Assembly: GCA_951406725.2 (NCBI GenBank)
Contig: OX597815.1
Location: 152,210,001 to 152,274,000 of the forward strand
Reading direction: 5' to 3'
Length of the DNA stretch: 64,000 nt
Source: Octopus vulgaris
Taxonomy: Eukaryota
This document shows positions 1-12,145 of the stretch, in pieces. The translations under genes and the position numbers were made by a program. The notes beneath the pieces were generated by a model. That model did no database searches. It had not been told where the DNA came from and was given only the letters and a program-made list of their open reading frames with translations. The first letter of the stretch is position 1, and every line of letters starts with the position of its first letter.

Positions 1-253
1 CAAGTGTGTCTCATGCCTGACAAGCGTTTCGTCAGAATTCTACTCTACAGTGATTAAGAGCTAATCCACTGTAAAAGATTTTTAGATAGAACTGGCACAC
101 ACAATACATTCACAAATACACACAGATCTACAGACATGCAAACATACACACGTGCACACATGTCTACATAAAATGGGTGATCAAAACAGGGGAGAAAGAG
201 ATGTCAGAATGTATTGAAAATGAAAGAGTATCAGCAAAAATAATCCAACTCAC

Positions 254-325
254 AAGGTTTCTAACTTCGAAATGCTTTTGAAGGATCCTTCTTCTATATC
301 CGTGATTCTATTATTATATAGCCAC
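254..325 (-). CDS. LRR exon 7 (72 nt): WLYNNRITDIEEGSFKSISKLETL; gene continues beyond window start
   Basis: gtacag|G...TT|gtgagt; 72 nt, phase 2-2, LRR consensus. Confidence 0.92.
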
Positions 326-749
326 CTGTACAATGTATAGTGATAAAATATTGAACAAACAATTAAACTTATTATAAAACATAAAAACTATGTGACATTT
401 ATAGAAATTGTTATGAAATGTAATATGATTAAAAGTATCAATGGGTGAATTCAATGCATAAACACGATTCAGTAAATTCTTTCTTTGCTATATTCTATAA
501 AAAGAAAAAACAGAGCGACCATACTTGTTTAGATTCAGTAACTCAACGTGGTGTATCTAAGTTTCTTTTTACCTCAATAAATCATGTGTGTTGAGAAAAT
601 ACACCATGTGAAAAGAAGTTCTCAGAATCAATTAGCATTTGAATTTGTGGGAAAGTATTAATAATGATGATGTTCTTCATTGTTTTGACTCTTGCTGTTC
701 TCCCTGTGCTTGATGATTTCTTGTCAATGTATTTATAGTTTACAGTAAA

Positions 750-1080
750 GGCGCCTGGCTCAGTGGCTAGAGCGTCGAGCTTACGATTGTGAGGTTGTGA
801 GTTCAAATCCCGGACCGAGCTGCGTGTTGTGTTCTTGAGCAAGATACGTTATTTCACGTTGCTCCAGTTCACTCAGCTGTAGAAATGAGTTTCGACGTCA
901 CAGGTGCCAAGCTGTATCAGACTTTGCCTTTCCCATGGATAACACTGGTGGCATGGAGATGGTAGGCCGGTATGCATGGGCGACTACTGGTCTTCCATAA
1001 ACAACCTTGCTCAGACTTGTGCCTGGGCAGGTAACTTTCTATGTGCAATCCCATGGACAGTTATGACCGAACGGGGTCTC
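750..1080 (+). mobile_element. tRNA-derived SINE
   Basis: A-box TGGCTCAGTGG, B-box GTTCAAATCC, then a gtgttcttgagcaag core. Related decayed copies at ~2300-2420 and ~9365-9480. Confidence 0.8.
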
Positions 1081-1165
1081 AGCAACAGTAAACCAGCCAT
1101 GTCAGTATAGAGTATAATATCAACTAGCAGAACCCTCTCTCTCCCTCCTCCTCTCTCACCCTTAC

Positions 1166-1198
1166 AAAGTTTGTAGACTGGGAACTTTTTGGAAGGAC
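1166..1198 (-). pseudogene. Truncated LRR exon remnant (SFQKVPSLQTL|gtaag)
   Basis: 3' half of an LRR exon closely resembling exon 6, with an intact donor. Its 5' half and acceptor are replaced by SINE sequence starting at ~1199. Confidence 0.8.
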
Positions 1199-1480
1199 GA
1201 AATGCTGCTAAGCATTTTGTTCAGCACGCTAATGATTCTGCCAATTTTCTGTGCTAAAAAACTAATTATGATACTGGTTTCAAGCTTTGGCACAAGTCCA
1301 GCAATTTGTGGAGAGGGCGCAAGTTGATTTCATCGACCCCAGTGTTCAATAGCTACTTATTTTATCGACCCCAAAAGGATGAAAGGCAAAGTTGACCCCT
1401 GCAGAATTTGATATCAGAACATAAAGACAGACAAAATGCTGCTAAGCATTTTTGCTGGGCATGCTAATGATTGTGCCAAC
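1198..1480 (-). mobile_element. SINE fragments (high-copy family with ...gttcaaattccgccgaggtcgactttgcctttcatcc...)
   Basis: Same family recurs at ~10300-10505, 16340-16550, 20210-20780, 24501-25302, 26415-26940, 34125-34335, 34960-35115 and 49730-49875. Confidence 0.8.
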
Positions 1481-1734
1481 TTAAAACTATTCATAATATT
1501 AAAATATAATAATAACATATCAATATGTATGTGCGTGTTAACTGCTTGAAACAAAAAAAACATTCATGTAATATATAAGAAAATCCTTTAAATCACTGTT
1601 TTATATTAGGTATAAAAATGTAGCCCCAAATACACTGTCAGGAGTGAATGTCATGGCTGGCAAACATTTGGTTACAGCTTTACTCAACTAATGATCAAAA
1701 TCTAAATCACAGTACATTCATGTTAATGCTCTTC

Positions 1735-1778
<44 letters not shown>

Positions 1779-1851
1779 ATTCATGGATATGCAAGCATAT
1801 ACATAACCAGCCATCACACACAAGCAAAAGTATATATAATGAGCATGATAA

Positions 1852-1890
<39 letters not shown>

Positions 1891-1967
1891 GGAAAGAGAG
1901 AAAAATTAATGTTTACGCCATTGATATTTGTCAATGAAATACTATTAAAAAGACTGGGACAACTTAC

Positions 1968-2039
1968 AAGGTTTTTAGACTGGGAACATTTTGGAAGGAC
2001 CCTTCTTCAATTCTCATGATTTTATTATCATACAACCGT
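1968..2039 (-). CDS. LRR exon 6 (72 nt): RLYDNKIMRIEEGSFQNVPSLKTL
   Basis: ttacag|A...TT|gtaagt; 72 nt, phase 2-2, LRR consensus. Confidence 0.92.
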
Positions 2040-3309
2040 CTGTAACATGATAAGTGGTAAAATATTAGGACTAAACAATTAGGTTTATCACAAAATAAAT
2101 TGTGTGACATTTAAAGAAAGAAATGTGATATGATTAGATGGGTAAATGCAAGTGTTAACTCTTGAATATATCAATTGACTCTATCAGTGATTAGTATCAA
2201 ATTCTACCATAGTACTTAACATTCCTTTAATTTCTTCTATGTTGATTTTATATTTCAGTGTTTTGAATAATTTATCTGTATATTTTTTGTCTCTGAAAGT
2301 GAGTGGTCTAGCTGTTTGCATTTGCACTCGCGATCACAAGGTTGTTGTTTCGTTTCCCGTACTGGAGTGTGCATTATCTTCTGGAGCAGCAAAATACTTC
2401 ATTTCACACTGTTCTACAATCATTTCCCCCCTTTTCTTCAGTACTAAATGTGTGAAAGTGGTTGTACGAGTGGTAGAAGTAGTAGTAGTAGAAGTTGTAG
2501 AGGTAGTAGTAGTTTCGTTAGATGTCATCTTTTCTCTCTCACAGTATTTGGTTATGAAAGTTGTCTCTTTGTTGATGTTTTGCTGTTGTGTTGTGCAGTT
2601 GGTATGTTGATGTAAGAATATTGTAAAATTTGGTTGTTTCTTAGTGGTACTTATGCTTATATATTACCCATTTGCCTAAATGTTGGTATTTCAATTGGTG
2701 ATCTATGCAAAATCATGCATTTTCTTAAGGACACCCCAATTTGCACTGTGTAGGTTTGTTCACATCCTGAGCTTGTAACTTCTTACATAAAGTTTTCAGA
2801 TGCATCGTTGAAATTATTTACGATTGTGAAAAGAAGTTCAAAGAAGTTCCATCTTTGAACTTCTTTCCTTTAGCATCTCAAATGTAAGATCTCTTCCCTG
2901 AAGACAGACAATCGTCTCATCCAATGATGGAATCAATCTACAAACATTTTTGTGGACTACCAAGCCCCCAGAAACAGCCATTAGATTTGTAATACTATTC
3001 TTCAACTCCTTGACTCTATATATCATTTGTATTCTGTGTACGTCGGACTTTTTTATATGCATACATATATACATTTTTGTATTTCATGTATTTAATGTAC
3101 TTTATATATTGATCTGTCTAACTTGCTTATCCATAAATTTGCTTATATGTATGTATGTGTGTGGTGGGTATAGAGTAAGAGAAAGACTGCTACAAAGAAT
3201 AAACCATGATGTGACTTATTTAGTGAGACAGTGTGGTAATTATCTCTGAATATATAGTTATTCAAACTATCAAATATAGCAGCCAACTTACAAGGCTGAC
3301 CCAACTTAC

Positions 3310-3381
3310 AAGGTGTCTAAACTGGAAAGGTTATGAAAGGCTCCTTCTTCAATGATCGTGATTTCATTATTATCCAAATGT
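3310..3381 (-). CDS. LRR exon 5 (72 nt): HLDNNEITIIEEGAFHNLSSLDTL
   Basis: ttttttttcag|A...TT|gtaagt; 72 nt, phase 2-2, LRR consensus. Confidence 0.92.
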
Positions 3382-3720
3382 CTGAAAAAAAAAAGTATTT
3401 GTCAGAAATCATATCGAGCAAATTTGTGATAAAACGTTAGATTGGAGCCATTGCACTGTAAAGAGAGAAAGACCCCAAATGCTACGTAGGCCACAACAAA
3501 CAGAGGGAATACTCTTGAAGCTGATAATTTAAACTTATGGAGACAATATTTACTTATCACCTGAGGAAACACAACTAGATGTCATAATGCAGGGAAACAG
3601 TTGCATAAACAAGAACCTGCATGCCTGGATGACTACGTTTCATAGAAACAATAGTAGTGATTGAAAATAAATGTCCAACAATACTCCTTGTGGTTGACTC
3701 CAAATTTTTTCAATTATAAA

Positions 3721-4289
3721 TATAAATACAGTGTACATTTAAAAACATAAGAAATGGCCATAACAGGACATCTGACCCACTAGAAGGATTAGTTAAACTC
3801 CAAACCACTATTATGGACAATTTTGAAAGGGAATGAAAAATAACATCATTTACCCTCTATTTCCTATACCTTGGTTTCAAGCCGAATTTTCTTCCAAAAT
3901 TAGCCAAAAATCAGTATATCATTATTAATAAATTCCAGGGTAATGATATAATGTTTTTTTTGGTTAATTTTGGAAGAAAATTGGCATTGTTTGTATTGGC
4001 TGCCAATAAAAAACCGCGCTTGCACAGTGGATTTTGAATAATTATAACAAGTAAACTCGAGGCATGTTCTGTATCGCCTCATTTTTATATGTTAATCTTG
4101 GCTTTCCTACTGAGGATAGCTTCACCAAGGTAAATTATTTTATTTACTAAAGTATAGCTTTGCTTTATTTTTCATTCCCTTTCGAAATTACCCCAAATAG
4201 TGGTTTGGAGTTTAACTACTCCTTCTAGAGTGTCAGATGTCCTGTTATGGCCATCTCTTATGTGTTTAAATGTACATGGTATTTTTATA
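3721..4289. mobile_element. MITE / non-autonomous DNA transposon with ~125-bp terminal inverted repeats
   Basis: 3721-3845 (gtacatttaaaaacataagaaatggccataacaggacatctgac...) is the reverse complement of 4165-4289 (...gtcagatgtcctgttatggccatctcttatgtgtttaaatgtac); TA-rich ends. Confidence 0.8.
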
Positions 4290-4387
4290 TGAATAATATA
4301 TACTCTATTTGACCAGTTTTTTTTCTTCTCACTAGACCCCTGCTAGCAAAGAAATCTTCTTAATTTTTTGGGTTACCCTGGAATTTA

Positions 4388-4425
<38 letters not shown>

Positions 4426-4495
4426 TGTATATAAGTATATATGCATGCTTGTGTATGTATAAACACACACACATGCAAACCTCTATCTATGTATC

Positions 4496-4882
4496 TGGTG
4501 GAAGCACTCCATCGGTTACGACGACGAGGGTTCCGGTTGATCCGAATCAACGGAACAGCCTGCTCGTGAAATAAACATGTAAGTGGCTGAGCACTCCACA
4601 GACACATGTACCTTTAACGTTGTTCTCGGGGATATTCAGCGTGACACAGAGAGTGACAAGGCCGGCCCTTTGAAATACAGGTACAACAGAAACAGGAAGT
4701 AAGAGTGAGAGAAAGTTGTGGTGAAAGAGTACAGCAGGGATCACCACCATCCCCTGCCGGAGCCTCGTGGGCTTTAGGTGTTTTCACTCAATAAACACTC
4801 ACAACGCCCGGTCTGGGAATCGAAACCGCGATCTTATGACCGCGAGTCTGCTGCCCTAACCACTGGGCCATTGCGCCTCCAC
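4496..4882 (-). mobile_element. tRNA-derived SINE (second family)
   Basis: Minus strand begins GGAGGCGCAATGGCCCAGTGGTTAGGGC...GGTTTCGATTCCC (A/B boxes). Related copy at ~48490-48765. Confidence 0.8.
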
Positions 4883-5465
4883 ATCTATGTATCTATACAC
4901 ACACACACACACAGAGGCTGATGCAAATCACACAGAACTGTTCTAAAATACATTAAAAAATGTAGATCTACATATATTAAAATAGAGAGTTTTGTTTAGT
5001 AGATAAGTAGGCATAATACTACTCAATTAGCGCTGATGTTCAACTGTGTCACAATAAAATACTCAAGATTTATTAACAGATTAGCACATGCATGGTGATA
5101 TTCCCTCAAACATGCACACACTCTCAGTTCCAGATACATTAGACACAAGCATTTCTCAGGCTTATAAGTACACAGACTCTCTTTCTCTCTCTTTCTTTCT
5201 CGCTATCTTTCTCTATTACACACACATATATATGGGGAAAGAAAGGAAGGATAGTAAAGAAATAGACAGATAACGTAATGAAATATCTTTATGATTTTAT
5301 TAAATGAATCCTACCATTATGTTCATTTGTTTATATGTGTGTGTATGTGCATGACAGATAAATTTAGTGGTAGAGGAAAACAGAGGCAAAGAGGAAGAAG
5401 AGGAAGAATTTAATATTTAGAAATACATCGTTAATGAAATAATAACATAATCAGATCCAGCTTAC

Positions 5466-5537
5466 AAGCCATTTAAATTGGCAAGATTTTGGAATGTTCC
5501 TTTTTCAATTTTCTTGATTCCATTTTTTTCCAGATAT
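5466..5537 (-). CDS. LRR exon 4 (72 nt): YLEKNGIKKIEKGTFQNLANLNGL
   Basis: ttacag|A...TT|gtaagc; 72 nt, phase 2-2, LRR consensus. Confidence 0.92.
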
Positions 5538-5856
5538 CTGTAACATGAAAGTGAGTTCATAAGTAATAGTGCAGAGCAGATTGATAACAAAATATTAGAT
5601 ATTGCGGAGATGTAACGTTTATTCCCACTTAAACATGGATGTTCTTTTAGAACAAGATTTACTGTGGTATATATATGAGAAAAACTCTCATATAGTCTTT
5701 TGGTGCAAAATTCATACCTGTTTATATCATTAGCGAGGATATAAAGAGACCACCAAGTGAGAGATAGATTACAAGAATGAAATTGTTAAGAGGAAGACAG
5801 AATATTTAGTAATGAATGGTCAATGTAGTACTATAAATAAGTCTGATCCAACTTAC

Positions 5857-5928
5857 AAGAATTCTAAATTGGTAAGATTTTGGAAAGTTTCTTTTTTTAT
5901 ATCCTTTATATTATTGTTAATAAGTGAT
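5857..5928 (-). CDS. LRR exon 3 (72 nt): SLINNNIKDIKKETFQNLTNLEFL
   Basis: ttacag|A...TT|gtaagt; 72 nt, phase 2-2, LRR consensus. Confidence 0.92.
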
Positions 5929-6529
5929 CTGTAACATGAGAGGAAATTCATAAAAAATTATATAGAGTTGATTTGTGATAAAATATTAAAAATTATGGCT
6001 AAAAAAATCAAGCTTAATACTAATATAAAATTAAGTGATAATTACAGAAAACAGGAAAATATCAAGAAATTTGATACAATTAAAAGTACTAATGGTTGAA
6101 TCCAATCCAAGTGTCTATTCTGGAAAATATCTATTGTATCAGCCATAAAGGAGTACTTAATTTGTTCCATAGTTTTGAAAAGTTATATTCTCTTATTCAA
6201 CTGAATAATATAGCTGTATTTTGTGTAAGCTAGATTCCTTTGAAAACGTTACACATACATAGCTACAAATGTAAGTTCCATATATTTATATGTGTGTTTA
6301 TGTAGATCTATGTGTATATATGTATGGAAGCAAAGACAATATAAATGTGTTAATAGTCTTATGTATGTATGTACCTGTACTCACTAGCATCCATCAGTGT
6401 CTATGATAAACAGTTATGCACTTAGCCATTTCTGGCACCCTATGAGTTGATGTGCCTTGATTCTTAAGAATCCTTATGAGAGAATATTATGTATGTATGT
6501 ATGTATGTATGTATTTAAGGATGCATTTA

Positions 6530-6575
<46 letters not shown>

Positions 6576-6717
6576 GTTTAACGTCCGCTTTCCATGCTAG
6601 CATGGGTTGGACGGTTCAACTGGGGTCTGGGGAGCCCGAAGGCTGCACCAGGCCAGTCAGATCTGGCAGTGTTTCTACAGCTGGATGCCCTTCCTAACGC
6701 CAACCACATATATATAT

Positions 6718-6797
<80 letters not shown>

Positions 6798-7035
6798 ATC
6801 ATCGACGTCGTTCAACGTCAGCTTTTCATGCTGTTATGGGTTGTATGGTTTGACTGATGGCTGGTGACCCAGAAGATTGCACCAGGCTCCAATCCAATCT
6901 GGCAGTTTCTACAGCTGGATGCCCTTCCTAAGCACCAAGCATTCAGAGAGTGTAGTGGGTGATTTAACATGCCACTGGCACGAGGGCCAGTCAGACGGTA
7001 CTGGCATCGACCACGCTCAAATGATGCTTTTTACT
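6530..7035 (-). mobile_element. Two RTE LINE 3'-end fragments with (GAT)n tail, split by (TA)n
   Basis: Reverse complement of the 3' terminus of the RTE at 56200-56376. Other tails at 13150-13347, 19140-19660 and 40885-41170. Confidence 0.8.
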
Positions 7036-7199
7036 TTTTACGAGATAGAAAGTATGGTGGGTGATTACACGTGGTTGAATATATAAAGAAAGAAATAAGA
7101 TGAAAATACACACAAGAGTTGTTTTACAGGACTAAAGACTATATCAGAATCATCATATCAAAAGTATTATACAATATTATTCAAAATAAGTTGTTTTTT

Positions 7200-7620
7200 C
7201 TCCTAACGTAATAACCGGTTTCACTATTACTTTTAAAATGTTGAGTTTTGGATGCAATTCTGAATTAGAGATTTTCTTTGCTAGGGGGAATAATTCATAA
7301 CCAGGATATTTTTCAGTAAAGGGGAGGTAAATCTGTAATATTTAATAATGGTTTACATTGGGTTCTGGCTTATACCCTTCAATAGATGGAGTAAATCTTT
7401 AATTTTCAATATGGATTTATCTTTCAGCCTGGCTTATATTTTTCGATAAATGAGGCCTCTTTATTTAGTCGTACTTGTGTTGAAGTACAAATAGCAAATT
7501 GATATAATGGGAAGATTAGGAATTGTGGTTGCAGTTGTTCTGCACATCTGTCAATGTGTTCACTGGGATATATCTGGCGATATTGAGGTGTAGTAACGTT
7601 GAATGGCTTCAAGTTCCACT
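7200..7620 (-). mobile_element. Penelope-like element 3' fragment (GIY-YIG C-terminus)
   Basis: ...SEHIDRCAEQLQPQFLIFPLYQF...RLNKEASFIEKYKPG matches the PLE endonuclease C-terminal pattern; GAAACCGGT motif downstream. Confidence 0.65.
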
Positions 7621-7899
7621 CTTAATCCATGATGACCACAGCTACGAACAGTAATTCCCAAATCCACCCTAAGACCCACCATTTTAGTGTAATGTTCATA
7701 AAAATGAAGCACCATTGCTCATATCAATCCCCAGGTCCTATGTTGTGTTTGGTTCTGGGACTGTCACTCCTTGTGGTCCAAAGTATCTTTGTTGTGGTGT
7801 GGTAGCACAAGTTCGCTGATAGCAGAGGTCTTGAAATTTAAACTGCATGTTATTTTTTCAGTCATTTATATATAGTGACTTGGTTTTTCCAGGGTTCTC

Positions 7900-8600
7900 T
7901 TCAAGTCCCATAATTTGGAACATCTAGTGGGTGATACGTAGTACTTATTGCCTTTTTGATCTGTTACATATGTAAATATCAGTGTGTCACAGACTGTTTG
8001 AGTGTGACAGTAGGACTACAGCTGTGATATCTTCCCTGATGTACATTTGCAACTTCCCAATGAGTTCCTTTTCACCTCTCTGTTTGAAATACAATATACA
8101 TCCGTATGTGTATTTTAGCATCTGACTTTTCATCGGTCACACGAGTTTTTGTTAGTGCCATGCATATTGCTTGGTTAAATATAACTAAGTTTCTCTGGTA
8201 TGGGTTTTTGCATTCAACAAGAATACTGGTGTGACACATGGAAGGGTGGTCAGTAGGGGCCATTGATCTGCCATCTGTAGAAGCATCGGGGTGAGTATCC
8301 TGGATCTTTTGCTCTCTGTGGTGGTCATGAGTGCTGGTATACATTTCTATGACTTAGTTTCTCATATAGTAAGGTCAGCTGTATATATATATATACATGC
8401 ATACATACATACATACATGCATACGTACGTACATACATACATATGAACAACAAACATGCATGCATGTGTGCACACACACACACACACTGCTGCAAATAAT
8501 AAATATCTACACAGTTATTGATAGTATGGAGTATTGAAGAGTGATTTATAGCTGTTGTTCCAAGCTGCTCAAAATAGAAGCTAAATCCTTTGAAAGTCAT
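7900..8600 (-). pseudogene. Decayed YqaJ/lambda-exonuclease-like domain (probably TE-derived)
   Basis: Ordered motifs across frames: TTAINH..., LYEKLSHRNV, HP-DASTDG, ILVECKNPY, SQL*SYCHTQTVCDTLIFT. These resemble YqaJ A.SPDG / E.KCPY / Q.Q...CDF motifs. Confidence 0.4.
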
Positions 8601-9004
8601 GCAGTATTCTCTTAAAATCTGTATTAACAATGTAGTCGTAGATATGCTGTTACCTGTGAGGTCCATGTTTGGCAAATATTTGGTCAGAGTTCGACTCAGC
8701 AGTGATTGAGAGCTAAGACACTTTAAAAGATTTATTGACAGAATTGCATCCACATATTGATTTACTTCATACTTTCACACACAAACACACATATACATAT
8801 ACACACACACAGAACCATCGATATGCAAACATACATATACATACACACACATATGCACACAAAGCCATTATACAAACACACAAATGCATATATGTAAAAT
8901 GTGTGATAGATTGAAAGAGAGGTGAAAAAAGAAAATGCTTAAATCTTTAATATTTAAAAATGTATTGTTAACGAAATTCTATCAACAAAACTAATTTAAC
9001 TTAC

Positions 9005-9076
9005 AATCTTTCTAGATTGGAAAGGTTTTGGAAGGACCTTTCTTCGACATTCGTGATGTTATTATCATGCAGCCAC
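9005..9076 (-). CDS. LRR exon 2 (72 nt): WLHDNNITNVEERSFQNLSNLERL
   Basis: ttacag|G...TT|gtaagt; 72 nt, phase 2-2, LRR consensus. Confidence 0.92.
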
Positions 9077-10029
9077 CTGTAACATGTAAAGTGATAAAAT
9101 ATTGAATATTATAACTAAACAATTAGGTTTATCATAAGATATAGAAACTACAAGATATTCATAGAAAATGTTATGAAATGTGATATGTTTAGAAGTACAA
9201 ATGGATAAATGTAAGAAATGAACTTTTGAATATATCAGTTGTCTCTGTCAATAATGAGTATTTAACTGTATCATAAAACTCACATTCCATTAATTTCTTC
9301 TCCCTTGTTGATTTTATATTTCATTGTTTTGAATAATTTGTTTATATATTCTTTGTGTGTAAAGATGAGTGGCCTAGTGGTTAGCGTGTTGCATTTACGA
9401 TTGCAAAATTGTTGTTTTGGCTTCAAGGCTGAGTGGTTAGTTGTGTTCTTGAGCTGAACATTTCATTTCACTTTGACAGCTGAAATGTGGGACCCTGTGC
9501 CCCTATACAGACAATATCAATTTGATGGCAGGAGGGAGCTGCACAGCACAAACATCTGATGACTATAAACAACTCCATGGAGAATCCTGTTCAGTAAGAA
9601 GTTGCAGAACCCTCATTTGTCATTAACAATAGAAGTGGTTACCATATTTTAGAAAAATGGTATATATATTTGGGAGGTGGGTAAACTAGGTTATAGTTGA
9701 AGTACAAGCCCATTTTTTGTTTTACTAATTTTGCACTCCTATGGATTATTGTTATGTCTGAATAGTAGTAAGGGGCACCTGAAAAGTAGTAACATCTGAA
9801 TAATAGTGGCCGACATACTCTTGGTGATGTAAGTATTGTAAAGCAGTGATACTTCTCCCAAAACTTAGCAGTGCAAATTTTTATTTGTCTTTAATGTTTG
9901 TTAAGGAAGAGTTATATCTCTAAATTCATTTGCCTGTACTTTGATTGTGAATGTGTGTATAGAAACAAATAATAACAAAGTGAAAGTGAAAAACAGTGAG
10001 ATAAGGAAAAACCAAGACAGAGAAAGGAA

Positions 10030-10100
10030 TAAGAGAAATAATAAGAAATAAGAGAAATAATAAGAAATAAGAGAAATAATAAGAAATAAGAGAAATAATT
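10030..10100. repeat. 19-bp tandem minisatellite (aagagaaataataagaaat)
   Basis: About 3.5 direct copies visible. Confidence 0.85.
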
Positions 10101-10145
10101 CAGAAATGTCAATGAAATATTTTCAACAAGTCTGATCCAACTTAC

Positions 10146-10217
10146 AAGTATTTTAAATACCTAACATTTTGGAAAGACTCTTCTTCAATACTCGTGATTT
10201 CATTTTCACTCAGATCT
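10146..10217 (-). CDS. LRR exon 1 (72 nt): DLSENEITSIEEESFQNVRYLKYL
   Basis: Bounded by tttcag|A...TT|gtaag; exactly 72 nt, open frame, matches LxxNxIxxIxxxxFxxLxxLxxL. Confidence 0.92.
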
Positions 10218-11284
10218 CTGAAATATAAAAATAGTTCATAAGTAATTGTATATATGAGAATTATGGAAATTTATGATGAAATATTAAATATTCTTTTCTA
10301 CTCTAGACACAAGGCCCAAAATTTTAGGGGAGGAGCTAGTTGATTAGATCGACCTCAGTACGCATCTGGTACTTAATTTATCGACCCCGAAAGCATGAAA
10401 GGCAAAGCCGACCTTGGCAGGATTTGAACTCAGCACATAAAGACAGACAAAACACCACCAAGCATTTCGCCTGGCATGCTAACATTACTGCCAGCCCACT
10501 ACCTTGATGAGATACTAAAAATTATGGTTAAATAATTACATTTATCATATGATATAAAACAAATGAGGAGACATTTATTCAAAATGAGAAACTGTGAAGA
10601 CTAATAACAGTAACAGGCATAGTACTGGATGAAGCCAATAGTCTACTCTGGAAAATATCTATTCTGTCAATTGTTGTTGTTAATTGTACCATAGTTTCTT
10701 AAACCACATTTTGTTAATATTTTCTTGCTTGCTGACTTCATATTTTACAGCATTAATTAACTGCTACAGCTTTGTTTTCAAACATATTGCATTAATAATG
10801 TTCAAGTTTTATCTTTTTAATTAAGGATTTTTCATATTTCCTTAAAAGTCATTGATGTTTGTTTCAGAACAATTATATTCCTGAATCCGTTAGGCTGATC
10901 TTTCAGGAACTTCTCAATCACATTTTCTTATAAGCTGTTGTAAAACCACAGTGATGGCAGATACCAGTGTCATGTAAAAGGCACCCATGCCAGTTGCACA
11001 TAAAAGCACCCAATACACTCTCAGAGTAGTTAGTCTGGTGTAGCCTCCCAGTTTGTCAGCCCTGGTCAAACTATTCAGATTATTCAGCAGTGAGTTACAG
11101 AATTTTATTGCTCATAAATTCCAAACGTTGGATTTAAATAAGAAAACGGTAAATCCTGGTATCTTTCAAACTAACATATATTTCTATGTTTAATTTAGTT
11201 TATTATACCACCATTATTAATACACCATGGTTATTTTTCTCTTTTTTTGTTATATTCTACATAAAGTTTTACTTTTGTCAATTA

Positions 11285-11861
11285 TAGGTGCAGGCATGGC
11301 TGTGTATTAAGATGCTTGCTTCCCAACCACATGGTTCTGGGTTCAGTCCCACTGCTGGGCAACTTGGCAACTGTCTTTTTCTATAACCTCTGGTTAACCA
11401 AAGTATGGTGATGATTTATTGGTAGATGGAAACTGAAAGAAGTCTGCCATATATCATATATACTCTCTTTTACTTGTTTCAGTCATTTGACTGCGGCCAT
11501 GCTGGAGCACCGCCTTTAGTCGAGCAAATCGACCCCGGGACTTATTCTTTGTAAGCCCAGTACTTATTCTATCGGTCTGTTTTGCCGAACCGCTAAGTGA
11601 CGGGGACGTAAACACACCAGCATCGGTTGTCAAGCAATGCTAGGGGGACAAACACAGACACACAAATATATATATATATATACATATATACGACAGGCTT
11701 CTTTCAGTTTCCATCTACCAAATCCACTCACAAGGCTTTGGTCGGCCCGGGGCTATAGCAGAAGACACTTGCCCAAGATGCCACGCAGTGGGACTGAACC
11801 CAGAACCATGTGGTTGGTTAGCAAGCTACTTACCACACAGCCACTCCTGTGCCTATACATA

Positions 11862-11916
<55 letters not shown>

Positions 11917-12145
11917 TATATGTATGTATGTGTGTATTCATTTCTATGTTTGTCCCCTCCACCAGTTGAGAACCAGTGTTCATGTGTTTACGAGCTCGTT
12001 ACTTAACAGTTCAGTGAAAGAGATTGAGAGAATAAGTATCAAGCATAAAGAAAAAAGTCCTGGGCTTGATTCATTTGACTAAAATTCTTCAAGGTGATGC
12101 TCCAGCATGGCCAAAGTCTAATGACTGAAAAAATAAAAGGTGAAA
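11285..12145. mobile_element. Cluster of SINEs (third family) in opposite orientations with TA/CA microsatellites
   Basis: + head at 11285 (ggcatggctgtg...ggttcagtcccactg), - copy at 11465-11850, + tail at 11930-12145. Same family at ~47425-48155, 51570-51765 and 58550-58745. Confidence 0.75.

Noticed and set aside
750-830. Possible tRNA gene
   Set aside because: The A/B boxes continue into a SINE body found in several decayed copies; no proper acceptor stem was seen.
2700-3074. Possible hAT dimerisation-domain remnant (ERSSKMELL)
   Set aside because: Resemblance too weak, and partly generated by a local hairpin.
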